Shown: piece after piece, positions 47,942 through 58,813 of the stretch
Layout of the letters: each line of letters begins with the position of its first letter
How positions within the stretch are numbered: the stretch's first letter is position 1
NCBI GenBank assembly: GCA_964106915.2
Contig: OZ066919.1
DNA from: Podarcis gaigeae
Lineage: Eukaryota
DNA: 64,000 nt
Strand: one strand, 5' to 3'
The notes under the pieces: model-generated
What the model was told of the DNA's origin: nothing
The model's input: the letters and a program-made list of their open reading frames with translations, nothing else
Databases searched by the model: none
Program-made: the position numbers and the translations under genes

Positions 47942-49692
47942 GTAAGTTGCCACAGTAGTTGGATGATCAGGCTGCATGGGTGTCAAGCACGTTAGCCTCT
48001 TTGCATCAAGAAGGAGAGGAGATAGGCCAGAGACCGGGAATTGCAAGCCTTCCAGATCTTGTTGGACTGCAGCTTCTACCGTCCCTGAGAACTGGGCCGG
48101 CTGACTGGGGCGGATGGGAGTTTGCGTCCAACTGCATCTGATGGGACACATGTTCCTCATCCCTGGAATATTGTCATTCAACTATTGTTGGATGATGGTA
48201 AATGTTGTAGATTTGCTAAATTGCGGATATTTTCCAGTAATGTTTAAGTTTAGAAGAGGGCCAGAGGAAAATTCTTAACATTTTCCAGTAAATCTCAGAA
48301 CTGAATGAGCACTTATAATAAATGTCCAAATTGTCATTGACCTGAGAATTTAACAGATCATCTTAATTTTGCCAATACCTCCCTGCTTTCCCATGTAAAT
48401 TGCAGAACTTTCTGAATTATGTATTCATTAACCACCTGACAGAAGTTGCCCATAATGTAAAGCTTTGCTGATACAATGCAGAAAGCATCTGTTAAATATG
48501 TATAAAATGTATGGAATTTGCAGAAGCATTGGTAAGTTATGTATGCTTTGGTGAATAGCTTTGCTGAAAGGGGGGAGGGAGAAATGCAGGGAAATTGTGG
48601 TGTAATTAACATTCCTTTCATTGCAAACATGCAGGGACACCTAGGGCTGTGGCTGAAGTCAGTGTTCGCTACCCAAAATGTAAACATCCTTCCATCAAAA
48701 TATAGTCCCATAAAATTGTTTTATACATGAAGCAGAGCCCTTCCTAAGGGCGATTTCTAGGGCATGACTTTCAGCAACGAGCCAGTTAGAGGAGCTCTAG
48801 AGTTTTGCTGGGAGCTCTCACAACAAATGTTTATAAAGGATGAATTAAAAAGTTAGGCTGGGCCAAGAGATCAGCCAGTCCATCTGCGAAGGGGCGGTAG
48901 CTGTGGGGGCTCTTTCCTGACCATATAAGCCGAAGGAATGGTGTGTGCAAATACATTTTATGGTAGTGAAAGCTGCATTCTTTACCCACTCCCATGCTTT
49001 TACAAGGAGGGTTTTTTGGCAAGTTGCCATCTCTGCTTGCCTGTTAGCTCTGCTGTGCAAAGGCATCTCCCTGCTTTGGTCTCTCAGCATCACATGGAGG
49101 CCCAGGGCAGATGTAGGGCTGCTTCCCTGAGCACCTGCACTTGCAGATCAGGAGCCGGCCGCAGAGAGGCACTTTCCCTCCTGCCGTCTCTGGAGCAGTT
49201 CCACTTGCCAGCACTGACTGTGGTTTCATGTTGCATGTGCCTGCATGCAAATCAGGAACTAGAGAATAAAAGCTATGTTTTTTTGCAGATTTGTGAAGCA
49301 TAGATATGAGGGACCTTTGCTTCACATCTCATGCAAAATGATAATTCACACAAAGCAGGATAGGAGGCAGAACTGGTCTAGGGAGTGCAGGAGGAAGTGG
49401 GATGGAGTGTTTGTTCCTGGCCCCTGGTGCAGTTGGTAGCAAACAAGTTCTTTTTCCTGCACATTACATAATGGGTCCCTGGTGCTCATAAGATTTACCA
49501 ACCTTGTGGACTGTATCAGGAACAAATTCGTATCATAGAGCCTGAATGGTATTGAAGAGGGATCTAGTCCAGTTCCCTTTCCTCAGTCAAGAGTCTATGC
49601 AAACTAATCCATTTGAGTGGCACAAACAGAGTGCAAGTGGCTGTGCACTGCAGACACATATAATTCAGCTGGTTGAAGTAAATAAAGCTTTA

Positions 49693-49757
49693 TTGTAGGC
49701 TGCCCAGAATGGCTGGGGAAACCCAGCCAGATGGGTGGGGTGTTGTTGTTGCTGCTG

Positions 49758-49790
<33 letters not shown>

Positions 49791-49815
49791 CATCGCCGTC
49801 ATCGTCATCACCATC
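49693..49815 (+). repeat. L2 3' tail fragment followed by (GTT)n/(CAT)n microsatellite
   Basis: gctgcccagaatggctggggaaacccagccagatggg matches the reverse complement of 7845-7885. Confidence 0.7.
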
Positions 49816-50214
49816 ATGCTGTGTAGGCCACATTCTTATGGCTGCTAGTCAGATTCATCTGGGAGAAAAATAGTTCCCGGCCTTAAATATTTTTGTCATT
49901 TAGACTCTCCAAGAATGAGCTAAAACTCCACCCACAGAGAACGCTCAGAATCAGATTTTTTTAAAAAAAATGTTACACACACACACACACACACACAAAT
50001 ATATATATATATAGCACATACAGCATCAGTAAAAAATATAAGGTTTATAGTTCACCTTGGGACTTGGCTACTTTAGTAAAGAAAAAGTGTTTTATATGCG
50101 CTATAACACTGTGACACCAGATGACACTGTAGAGTCCTGTCTTTCACCAACGTGATTTCCCATAATAAAGTTTACAATGTGTTTTCCTGAAACACCTTTT
50201 TGATGTGTCTAGAA

Positions 50215-50350
50215 CAGGCAGAGGCAAACTCGGCTCTCTAGATGTTTTGGGACTACAACTCCCATCATCCCTAGCTAACAGGACCAGTGGTCAGGGATGA
50301 TGGAAGTTGTAGTCCCCAATCATCTGGAGGGCCGAGTTTGCCTATGCCTG
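50215..50350. mobile_element. Palindromic hAT MITE (same family as 10606)
   Basis: Foldback with CAGGCA...TGCCTG ends; 8-bp TSD GTCTAGAA. Confidence 0.92.
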
Positions 50351-50894
50351 GTCTAGAACAAGCCTTGCAGTACACAAAATATATAATTTGACATGGATGA
50401 ATTAGAAAGGTTTTTTTAAAACCAAAACCTAATAATTTGATTTATTTATATGCTATCTTCTAAGCAGAAACACATGGAAGATGATTTTGTTGACATTTAA
50501 ACCATATGTTCACCTAGTGCAACAGTGCTGCCAATAGTTATGGTCATTTCTAATCCCTCATAGGAAGGTTTGTAAAACAACCAAGGAATTAAGAATTGAC
50601 TACGGGAGTCAAAAGTGTGGTGAAAGTAGCCACAGAACTTGCTGGTGGGGAAGTTGGCTCCTTCCCTCCTCACTCTCATCCCACACGAGTCCTGGTCAGG
50701 GCCTTAGGGAGAAGGTCACCTAGAGGGTCACATCTGTGAGGCTCACAGCGGGAAATCTTGAACATGTGTCTTCGTCTTGGACAGGATTCAGGTTCTTTGC
50801 TTCCAAAGCTGTTCTAAGCTCCTACACTTCTAATAGTTACCTGTATAGTTCTACACTTCTAATTTGCCTATATGAACCACATCTTTTCTTCCAG

Positions 50895-51116
50895 GTGCTG
50901 GATATTTGGATGATGTCACTATTGTGAGCGCTCGGCCTGGGTCTGGAACACCAGCAACTTGGGTGGAGAGCTGTACGTGTCCCACAGGATACTTGGGCCA
51001 GTTCTGTGAACGATGTGCCCAGGGCTACAGGAGGGAGACCCCCAATCTTGGGCCCTATAGTCCGTGTGTGCCTTGCTTCTGCAATGGGCACAGTGAAACG
51101 TGCAACCCTGAATCGG
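50895..51116 (+). CDS. LAMC1: Laminin gamma-1 exon 12, 222 nt
   Basis: cttccag|GTGCT ... ATCGG|gtaaga; AGYLDDVTIVSARPGSGTPATWVESCTCPTGYLGQFCERC...CNGHSETCNPES. Confidence 0.97.
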
Positions 51117-51954
51117 GTAAGAGAGAGTGCTCAGATGCAGATGGTGTTGGGTTTTTAATTTTTTTATTTTTGAGCTTTGCCATTAGACCTAGAATATGAT
51201 GCTATCACAGGAAGTCTCATTGAATTGATAGCATTGGCAGTTGACCTGAGACTGAAAATACTACTTCTTCACACAGCATGTAGATGTCCTATGGCAGTTT
51301 CTCCCACAAGAGGAAGCGATGCCCACCAGCCTGGAATGTTGGTTCCTAGGAACTGCACATGGGGACCCAGGAGCTGTTTGTGGGCTTCACGCAAGCTTCT
51401 GGTTGGCCACTGGGAGAACAGGAAGCTGGGCTAGATGGGTCCCTTTTGGCCTGACCCACAGCCAGGCTCTTACGTTCTTATGAGTTTGAACATTCATGCC
51501 ACCCAGCAACTGCTTTCCCAGGTGCATTGGTAGAACTTGATCACAGCAAAGAACAAGCCAGTAGCTCCCTCTTCTGGCAAGGTGCCTGTATCCGTTTCTC
51601 AGTCTCTAATTTGAGGCCTGTGGCACTTTACAAGATTTAAGCCAAGCAGCCAGAGTTGAAAGTTCTTCTGGACCCTGACAGTGTTCACAGGGGAAATTCC
51701 CCTCTTCCTCATTTAGTTTTACTTTTCAGTTCTCTCTCCCTCCCACCCCCCCTTTGGTAATACTGTTCTTGGAATGGCAAGCAGTCAGTGGAAAGACAAA
51801 GCCATAAGCGAAAAAATAAATCCAGCCCTGTGCCTTGTCCACACCCTAAGGTTTAAGCACATAATGTTTCCGGAAAAGGCCATGTGCTGAGAAATTAGTC
51901 TGGGCCAGGAGAGATTCCGGTAAAGCAGTTGCCCACTGGCTGCATAGACGACTT

Positions 51955-52020
51955 CATAGAATCATAGAGTTGGAATAGACCACAAGGGCCATTGAGTCCA
52001 ACCCCCTGCCAAGCAGGAAA
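51955..52020 (-). mobile_element. CR1 3' tail fragment just upstream of exon 13
   Basis: catagaatcatagagttggaatagaccacaagggccattgagtccaaccccctgccaagcagg, near-identical to 14928-14990. Confidence 0.85.
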
Positions 52021-52051
52021 TAAACTGCCCTCTTTCTCCCACCTAAAACAG

Positions 52052-52240
52052 GAGCCTGTGACTGCAGGGACAACACAGCAGGTCCTCACTGTGAGAAGTG
52101 CAGCGATGGCTATTATGGAGATGCAACCACAGGTAGCTCTTCCGACTGCCAGCCGTGTCCATGTCCAGGGGGATCAAGCTGTGCCATAGTGCCCAAAACC
52201 AAGGAGGTGGTGTGCACCAGTTGCCCAGCTGGTACTACAG
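52052..52240 (+). CDS. LAMC1: Laminin gamma-1 exon 13, 189 nt
   Basis: aaaacag|GAGCC ... TACAG|gtatgc; ACDCRDNTAGPHCEKCSDGYYGDATTGSSSDCQPCPCPGGSSCAIVPKTKEVVCTSCPAGTT. Confidence 0.96.
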
Positions 52241-52508
52241 GTATGCTGCCATACATGAAGCTTCAGTTATGCGTATTCACATGCTACTTGCCAGAGGTCT
52301 CTTAAGGTGGGGAAATGGTTGAATGATGTTCCATACACTTTATTACCTTTTTTAATACAGGGGTGGGGAACTTTTTACAGCTCAAGTTCCACATACCTTC
52401 ATTGACAACTACCTGGGGGGTTGGCAGGGTCCAGAAAGTGAATGGAGCAATAGATGATGATGATTTATTTGATTTATATACTGCTCTTTATCAAAAGATC
52501 CCAGGCCA

Positions 52509-53050
52509 GTTGTTGTTGTTGTTTAGTCATTTAGTTGTGTCCGTCTCTTCGTGGCTCCCTGGACCAGAGCACGCCAGGCACTCCTGTCTTCCACTGCCTC
52601 CCACAGTTTGGTCAAACTCATGCTGGTAGCTTCGAGAACACTGTCCCACCATCTCATCCTCTGCCGTCCCCTTCTCCTTGTGCCCTCCATCTTTCCCAAC
52701 ATCAGGGTCTTTTCCAGGGAGTCTTCTCTTCTCATGAGGTGGCCAAAGTCTTGGAGCCTCAGCTTCACGATCTGTCCTTCCAGTGAGCACTCGGGGCTGA
52801 TTTCCTGAAGAATGGATACGTTTGATCTTCTTGCAGTCCATGGGACTCTCAAGAGTCTTCTCCAACACCATAATTCAAAAGCATCAATTCTTCGGCGATC
52901 AGCCTTCTTTATGGTCCAGCTCTCACTTCCATACATCACTACTGGGAAAACCATGGCTTTAACTATACGGACCTTTGTTGGCAAGGTGATGTCTCTGCTT
53001 TTTAAGATGCTGTCTAGATTTGTCATCGCTTTTCTCCCCAAGAAGCAGGC
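52509..53050 (-). mobile_element. BovB (RTE) LINE 3' fragment with (CAA)n tail
   Basis: LGRKAMTNLDSILKSRDITLPTKVRIVKAMVFPVVMYGSESWTIKKADRRRIDAFELWCWRRLLRVPWTARRSN. Confidence 0.95.
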
Positions 53051-53366
53051 CTCTTTATATAACATTAAAAACACATTTTACAGGACATAAAAATAAAAAC
53101 ATAGACAAAGCTATGTTTATGATAATGAAATAATCATAATAAAAGGTGCCCCCACCCCTTTAACAGACCATAGACTACATAATAGCCAAAGACCTGGGTG
53201 AAAGGATTGTTTTCATCTGGCACCTAAGACATGTAATGATGACGTCAAGCAAGTCACCACCCAAAAGGCCCGTTTTCATTTTGCCACCCTCTGAACCCCT
53301 CAGGGAGGGGGATATTGACAAGGACCTCCAATGACAAGCACATGCTCTTACTTTTGTACATAAAAC

Positions 53367-54007
53367 CATAGGATCTTAGAATTGGAAGGGTCAGCTAGTC
53401 CAACCCACTGCAATGCAGGAATCTCAGCATCTGGGACAGATGGCCATCCAACCTCTGCTTAAACCTCCAAGGAAGGAGAGTCCACCACCTCTCGTGGGAA
53501 TCTGTTCCACTGCTGAACTCCTCTTACTTGAAGCCATTGCCTGGAGTCCTGCCCTCAAAAGCAGGAGAAAACAAGAATGCTTCCTCTTCTGTTTGACAGT
53601 CCTTCAGATATTTGAAGATGGCTACTATATCTCCCTCAGTCTCCTCTTTTCCAGGCTAAATATCCCCAACTCCTTCAACCATCCCTCATAAGGCTTGGTT
53701 TCCAGACCCTCGGTCATCTTGGTCACCCTCCTCTGCACATGTTCCAGCTTGTCAGCATCCTTCTTAAACTGTGGTGCCCAGAATTGGACACAGTATTCCA
53801 AGTGTGGTCTGACCAAGACAGAATTGAATGGTACTATTACCTCCCTTGATCTGGACACTAGATTTCTGATGATGCAGTCTAGAATAGCATTCGCTTTTTT
53901 TGCTGCTGCATCACACTGTTGACTCATGTTAAGCTTGTGGTTCATGTGTACTGCTAGTAAGCCAAGTGTCCCCCATCCTATATTTGTGCATCTGGTTCTT
54001 CCTGCCT
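53367..54007 (-). mobile_element. CR1 3' fragment, internally deleted
   Basis: [20 protein letters not shown]...[19 protein letters not shown]. Confidence 0.9.
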
Positions 54008-54665
54008 GGGTATTGTTTGACTGGGGAAATGGACTTTGCAGCCCATCTGAGGGTGATACCTTTGCTTAAGAACTGTGGATAATAGGTATCCAGGAAAGCT
54101 GAAGACAAACAAATACAAAAGAGGAACTTGTCCCATTTGGTCACTGGCCTCATTGACCATTACAGCAAGTAGAAGACTTCACACACACACACTCCTTCCT
54201 GTCCTAGTGAATTGCAAGGCAGTTTAGAATTGGCCCCCAGATGAACTATTGGCTGATTCATCTGAGGAGAAGGCAGCCCCCCCCCCCCAAAATGTGCAAC
54301 TTGTCTGCATTCCATGAATGAGCTTGTAAGAGTTGTGCAAGCCAACACAAAAAAATTTTTACATCTTAGTGTTGGCGGCTCCTTTGTATTTCTTATCAGC
54401 CCTAACAGCCATGATGCACCTGGACTCCTGTTTCTTTGAAGTTCAAGTTTCCCCCCGTTAATCTTTAGTTCTACCATATCAATTAATGGATAGATGAAAA
54501 TAACGATAGCTTTCTGTACGGTGCCTGTGGCAGTTGTGAGAAGCCATCTGTCTGAATGTGCTTGAGAGGAGAGGAGAGAGCCGTCTCCCGTCCCTTTCTA
54601 AAGATTCTCCCAACTGAAATACATTTTCTGTCAACACAAGAACTAAAACGTGCAAACATAAAACT

Positions 54666-54771
54666 CAAGGGTGTAGCCAGGAGTGGCGGGGGCGGGGGCA
54701 GCAGCTGCCCCCCTAAATCAATACAAATCTGAGGTTCTGCCTCCTTAACAAAAATCCTGGTTACGCCAATG
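54666..54771. mobile_element. Short hAT (Tip100-like) MITE
   Basis: TIRs CAAGGGTGTAGCCAGGA / TCCTGGTTACGCCAATG; 8-bp TSD ATAAAACT. Confidence 0.85.
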
Positions 54772-55739
54772 ATAAAACTCCTAGTCTATTGTGCCCTATA
54801 ATACAAATATGAAACTAAAAGTGAACCTGTCCCGGTATCATCCTGACACTCCTCTACCCAAATGCTTGGCTGTTTATTTCTCCTTAGCATTTCCTGTTTC
54901 GCACTCTTTTGGTCTTTGTATGGATTATAAATTTGATTATACCTGTTTGCTCTCCATCATGTTTCAGCAAACTCCTTTTCAGTTTAAGGTTTTTACTGTG
55001 GAAATGTTGCTTCACTTTTCAACTCTGTTTTCTTTCTTTTAACTCCTTGATTTTTCAAGTCATGGGGGAGGGCTTCCCCCTTTTCAAGATGGCATGTTTC
55101 TTCCTTCTCATCTTGTATTTTGCCCAACCCCTTTATAGCTCTTAACTTTGGAATTTGTTGCCAACCATAGTCTATTCAACTTAAATTTCTTCCCATTTTC
55201 AAAAAGCATCTCAGTCTGCCCACAGAGCTGTCTTCTTTGTGCCATTTGCAACCATTCTTTGACATCAGTCTGCTGTTGCTTTTTCCTTTTGTAAGAAAAT
55301 GACCAAGAAAGATGTTTTTAGCTTACATTTAGTTTACGCACACATTGGATTCCCCCTAAAAATTCCTCCTTTCCCTTTTGGTTTTTCTCTTTTATTCCTC
55401 CTGCCTTCCCCATATTACCTTCACTCTTTTATAAGCCTTCAAGAAGGACCTTGTACTTAAATCTCGGAACAATGCCTTCTCTGTTTTCAGTTCTTTACAA
55501 GTTGGCTTGTCTTAATAGTATACTATTTAATAGTAGTATTTTATTCAGAGAGTTGGTGGCTGAATTTGGAAGCATGGTTTATTGAGATGGGAATGATCCT
55601 GTGAAAGTCTCAAGTTCCCACTTGCTTCCCAGCCCTAGTGAAGAAGCCATGGGGAAGCTGTCATTTCCATTTTTGGTTAACCAGATTCAACCAAACCATA
55701 AAAAGTGCTACTGAATCCTAAGCTGTGTTCAGTCTTAAC

Positions 55740-56064
55740 CAGGGCTTTTTTTCATCCAGAAGTCACTGGAACTGAGTTCCGCAACCTCTTTGGTGCATTG
55801 CAGCACCTCATTGTAGCGCACTGGCAGCTGTCTAGCAGCATGTTGCCCAGAGCTGCGTGTCGGAGGTTTGGGCTGCATGCCCCTCATGGCTGTGGGGCAG
55901 AGTGTCGGAGGCGATGTTCTAATGCGGCCACAGTGATGCTAGCAGTGGGACAATTGGGCAGAGAAGCGCCCCCCCCCCCAAAAGGCTCTCTTAGGGTTGT
56001 CCATCAAAAAAGCTCAGCAACGTTTTGGGAGTCCCTTAACCTCTTTTTCTAGGAAAAAACACTG
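55740..56064. mobile_element. hAT MITE
   Basis: Termini CAGGGCTTTTTT / AAAAAACACTG; 8-bp TSD GTCTTAAC. Confidence 0.85.
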
Positions 56065-56739
56065 GTCTTAACCATGGTTTGCAACTAGCTTTTTTTTAAC
56101 AAAGTAAGTTTTTTTAAATAATAATAATAATAATAATCAGATGTCAAAGCAAGCTACGATTTATAAAAAGTGGAAGTGAAAGCCTTCAAACCTTGTGGTG
56201 ACACTAGAGTGGAGGCATGAACCCAGGGCTACCACAGGCTCATTTCCATCCCAGTGCACTACAGCTTATCATGTCAGTTGAATAACTCCAGTGTGACACA
56301 ATGGTTTGATTGTTGGATTTGGATATCAAAAACAAATTTTCATATCCACAGTGCTTTACTTTCTCCCAGCATTGTTGTGAGGCTAAAGTACTACTCTGAG
56401 CTCTTTGGAGGAAAAAACAACATGCAGGTACAATAAACAAATGGGACCAGCAACAAAATTTTGCAGTGTGGCCTAAAGGAAGTATTTCTGTTCCAGGATC
56501 CAGCCAAGCATTCTGTCCAGGCATGGCATTTCACACTCTTCCATTTTTCCTTTGCATGTCTGTTGCTGTTGCTACTGAACATGCTAAGAGCCAATAGGAC
56601 TGTTGGGAGGTGGTTTGACCCCTGGAGTCTTTCTTTTTGAAATGCATTTCTTAAAATCTTGGGATTCTCCCAGCATTCCTCTTGTTTCAGTGGCTTCATT
56701 TTGGCTACAGTTCTGTTAGTATTCATCACCTGAGTTTTC

Positions 56740-56869
56740 TGGCCAAACTTGGCCCTCCAGCTGTTTTGGGACTACAATTCCCATCACCCCTGACCACTGG
56801 TCCTGTTAGCTAGGGATGATGGGAATTGTAGTCCCAAAACAGCTGGAGGGCCAAGTTTGGCCATGCCTG
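56740..56869. mobile_element. Palindromic hAT MITE (family of 10606/50215), left tip missing
   Basis: tggccaaacttggccctccagctgttttgggactac / gtagtcccaaaacagctggagggccaagtttggccatgcctg. Confidence 0.88.
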
Positions 56870-57151
56870 GATTAAGTGATAAATGCAAGATCAATTTTCA
56901 TTACTTGACTGAATTGCGTGTTGGTGTTGGTGTGGATTAGAGTTCTGAAATTATAAACATTTGGTTTCACTCATCCTGATATTTTTAGGCTATAAAAGAA
57001 CAGCATCCAAGAAAATTCATTTTGCTTTCTTTTTTTTCTTTTTTAAAATATTTTTTATTAAGGATTTTCTTGTTTTACAGAAGTGTCGTGCCTCGTATTT
57101 TTTCTTCTTCTTCCATGTAACGTTTTTACAAATCTGTGTTTGCCCTTGTAG

Positions 57152-57397
57152 GCAAACGGTGTGAATTGTGCGATGATGGCTATTTTGGAGATCCTCTTGG
57201 TGAGAATGGCCCCGCCAGGCTTTGCCGCCTCTGCCAGTGCAGTGACAACATTGACCCCAATGCTGTTGGGAATTGCAACCGCTTGACGGGCGAATGTCTG
57301 AAGTGCATCTATAATACGGCTGGTTTCTACTGTGACCGATGCAAAGATGGGTTCTATGGGAATCCCTTGGCTCAGAATACAGAGGACAAGTGCAAAG
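57152..57397 (+). CDS. LAMC1: Laminin gamma-1 exon 14 (contains nidogen-binding loop NIDPNAV), 246 nt
   Basis: ccttgtag|GCAAA ... CAAAG|gtatgt; [63 protein letters not shown]. Confidence 0.97.
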
Positions 57398-57810
57398 GTA
57401 TGTGTCTGAAATACGTTCTTTCTTACAATCCAGTGGTCTAGGTTAGAACACAAGACACTCCCCATCTCCTAGGCACTTGTAATCATTGTGGTGAAACTGA
57501 ACATAATCTTTCATCTTGAACTTGTAAAGAATAGTTGTTTGCCCTTTGCAGGGAGGCATCCCAGGATTTATGTATTGCAACACTTTGAATAATAAAACAC
57601 CTGAAATACAAAATAGTACTTTTGCACTTTCCCCCATTGAGAGTGCACCCTTCACACATCCCACTAAGGGGAGATGGTGAGACTTCTGTTTCCAACATGG
57701 TACAGAAGCACTGAAAACACAAAGTGCCTTGGGCTTCCTGCAACTTCAACTAGTCCACAGCTGTTCTTATTAGAAAATATGTGTTGATGGGTCCACTTTT
57801 GCTCCTGCAG

Positions 57811-57964
57811 CTTGCAACTGTAATCCTTACGGCACGGTGAACTTACAGACCAACTGCAATCAAGTAACGGGGCAGTGTGAGTGCCTTCCGCACGTCACAG
57901 AAAGGGACTGCAGCTCTTGTCAGCCTGGCTTCTACAACCTGCAGAGCAGACGGGGCTGCGAGAG
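57811..57964 (+). CDS. LAMC1: Laminin gamma-1 exon 15, 154 nt
   Basis: cctgcag|CTTGC ... GAGAG|gtgagc; CNCNPYGTVNLQTNCNQVTGQCECLPHVTERDCSSCQPGFYNLQSRRGCER. Confidence 0.96.
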
Positions 57965-58670
57965 GTGAGCTGGGTCCCACTGCTCTCAGCTTGTCACAAT
58001 AACTCTTTGGGGGAAGCTTAGGAGAGCAGTGGTGGCAAAAATGGTGCCCATGACTCCTTCCCAGAAGATCAGTATGGTGGCACCCCTCCCTTCATATACC
58101 TACTTAAAATCCCACCTTTTCTTTGAAGACATTACTTAACCTTTTAGTCCCTCTTCCTTCAGAAACTGCCTTAATAGCTATAGCTACACTTTGGCCAGTT
58201 CCCCCCTTCCCTTGCTTTTTCCTAGGCTGAAAATAATAACTGGCTGAAATTTTGGGACATTGCTAATTACTATTGCAGGTGGCAGTAACTACATTGTAGG
58301 TCTGTTTCTGTGACCCTTGGGTGGATCTCAATCCAGTTCTTAGGAGGGAAGAAGTTGCTCCTCAAATAGTAGACTAGCATTTAGAAGGCTGCCTTATTGA
58401 GCTAGCAGTCTTCCACTTTGTGAGGTTTTTTTGGATGTGTTTAAGGCTTATATTTTTATGGAAAGCGGGCAAATGCACTTTATCTTGTATTTCATATTGG
58501 CACTTTTTGATGCTGCATTATTTCAGACCTCTCATGGCGAATGCATTGCACTGTACCCAAATCAAACATGATGGTCATGTGCAGTCTTACTGCTTTAACT
58601 ATGTGCCTTAATGCTAAAAAATGTGTCCTTCTTTTTCTTCCTCCTCCTCCTCCTCCTCCTCCTCTGGTAG

Positions 58671-58813
58671 GTGTAACTGCCATCCATTGGGTTCCACTAA
58701 TGGCCACTGTGAAATACAGACAGGGCAATGTGAATGCCAGCCAGGCATTACTGGGCAGCGTTGCGAGAGATGTGAGGCAAACCATTTTGGATTTGGTCCT
58801 GAAGGCTGCAGAC
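58671..58813 (+). CDS. LAMC1: Laminin gamma-1 exon 16, 143 nt
   Basis: (cct)n tract ...ctggtag|GTGTAA ... CAGAC|gtaagc; CNCHPLGSTNGHCEIQTGQCECQPGITGQRCERCEANHFGFGPEGCR. Confidence 0.96.

Noticed and set aside
56518-56527. caggcatggc as the displaced left tip of the 56740 MITE
   Set aside because: It is only 10 bp and the flanking 8-mers do not form a TSD, so it is probably chance.
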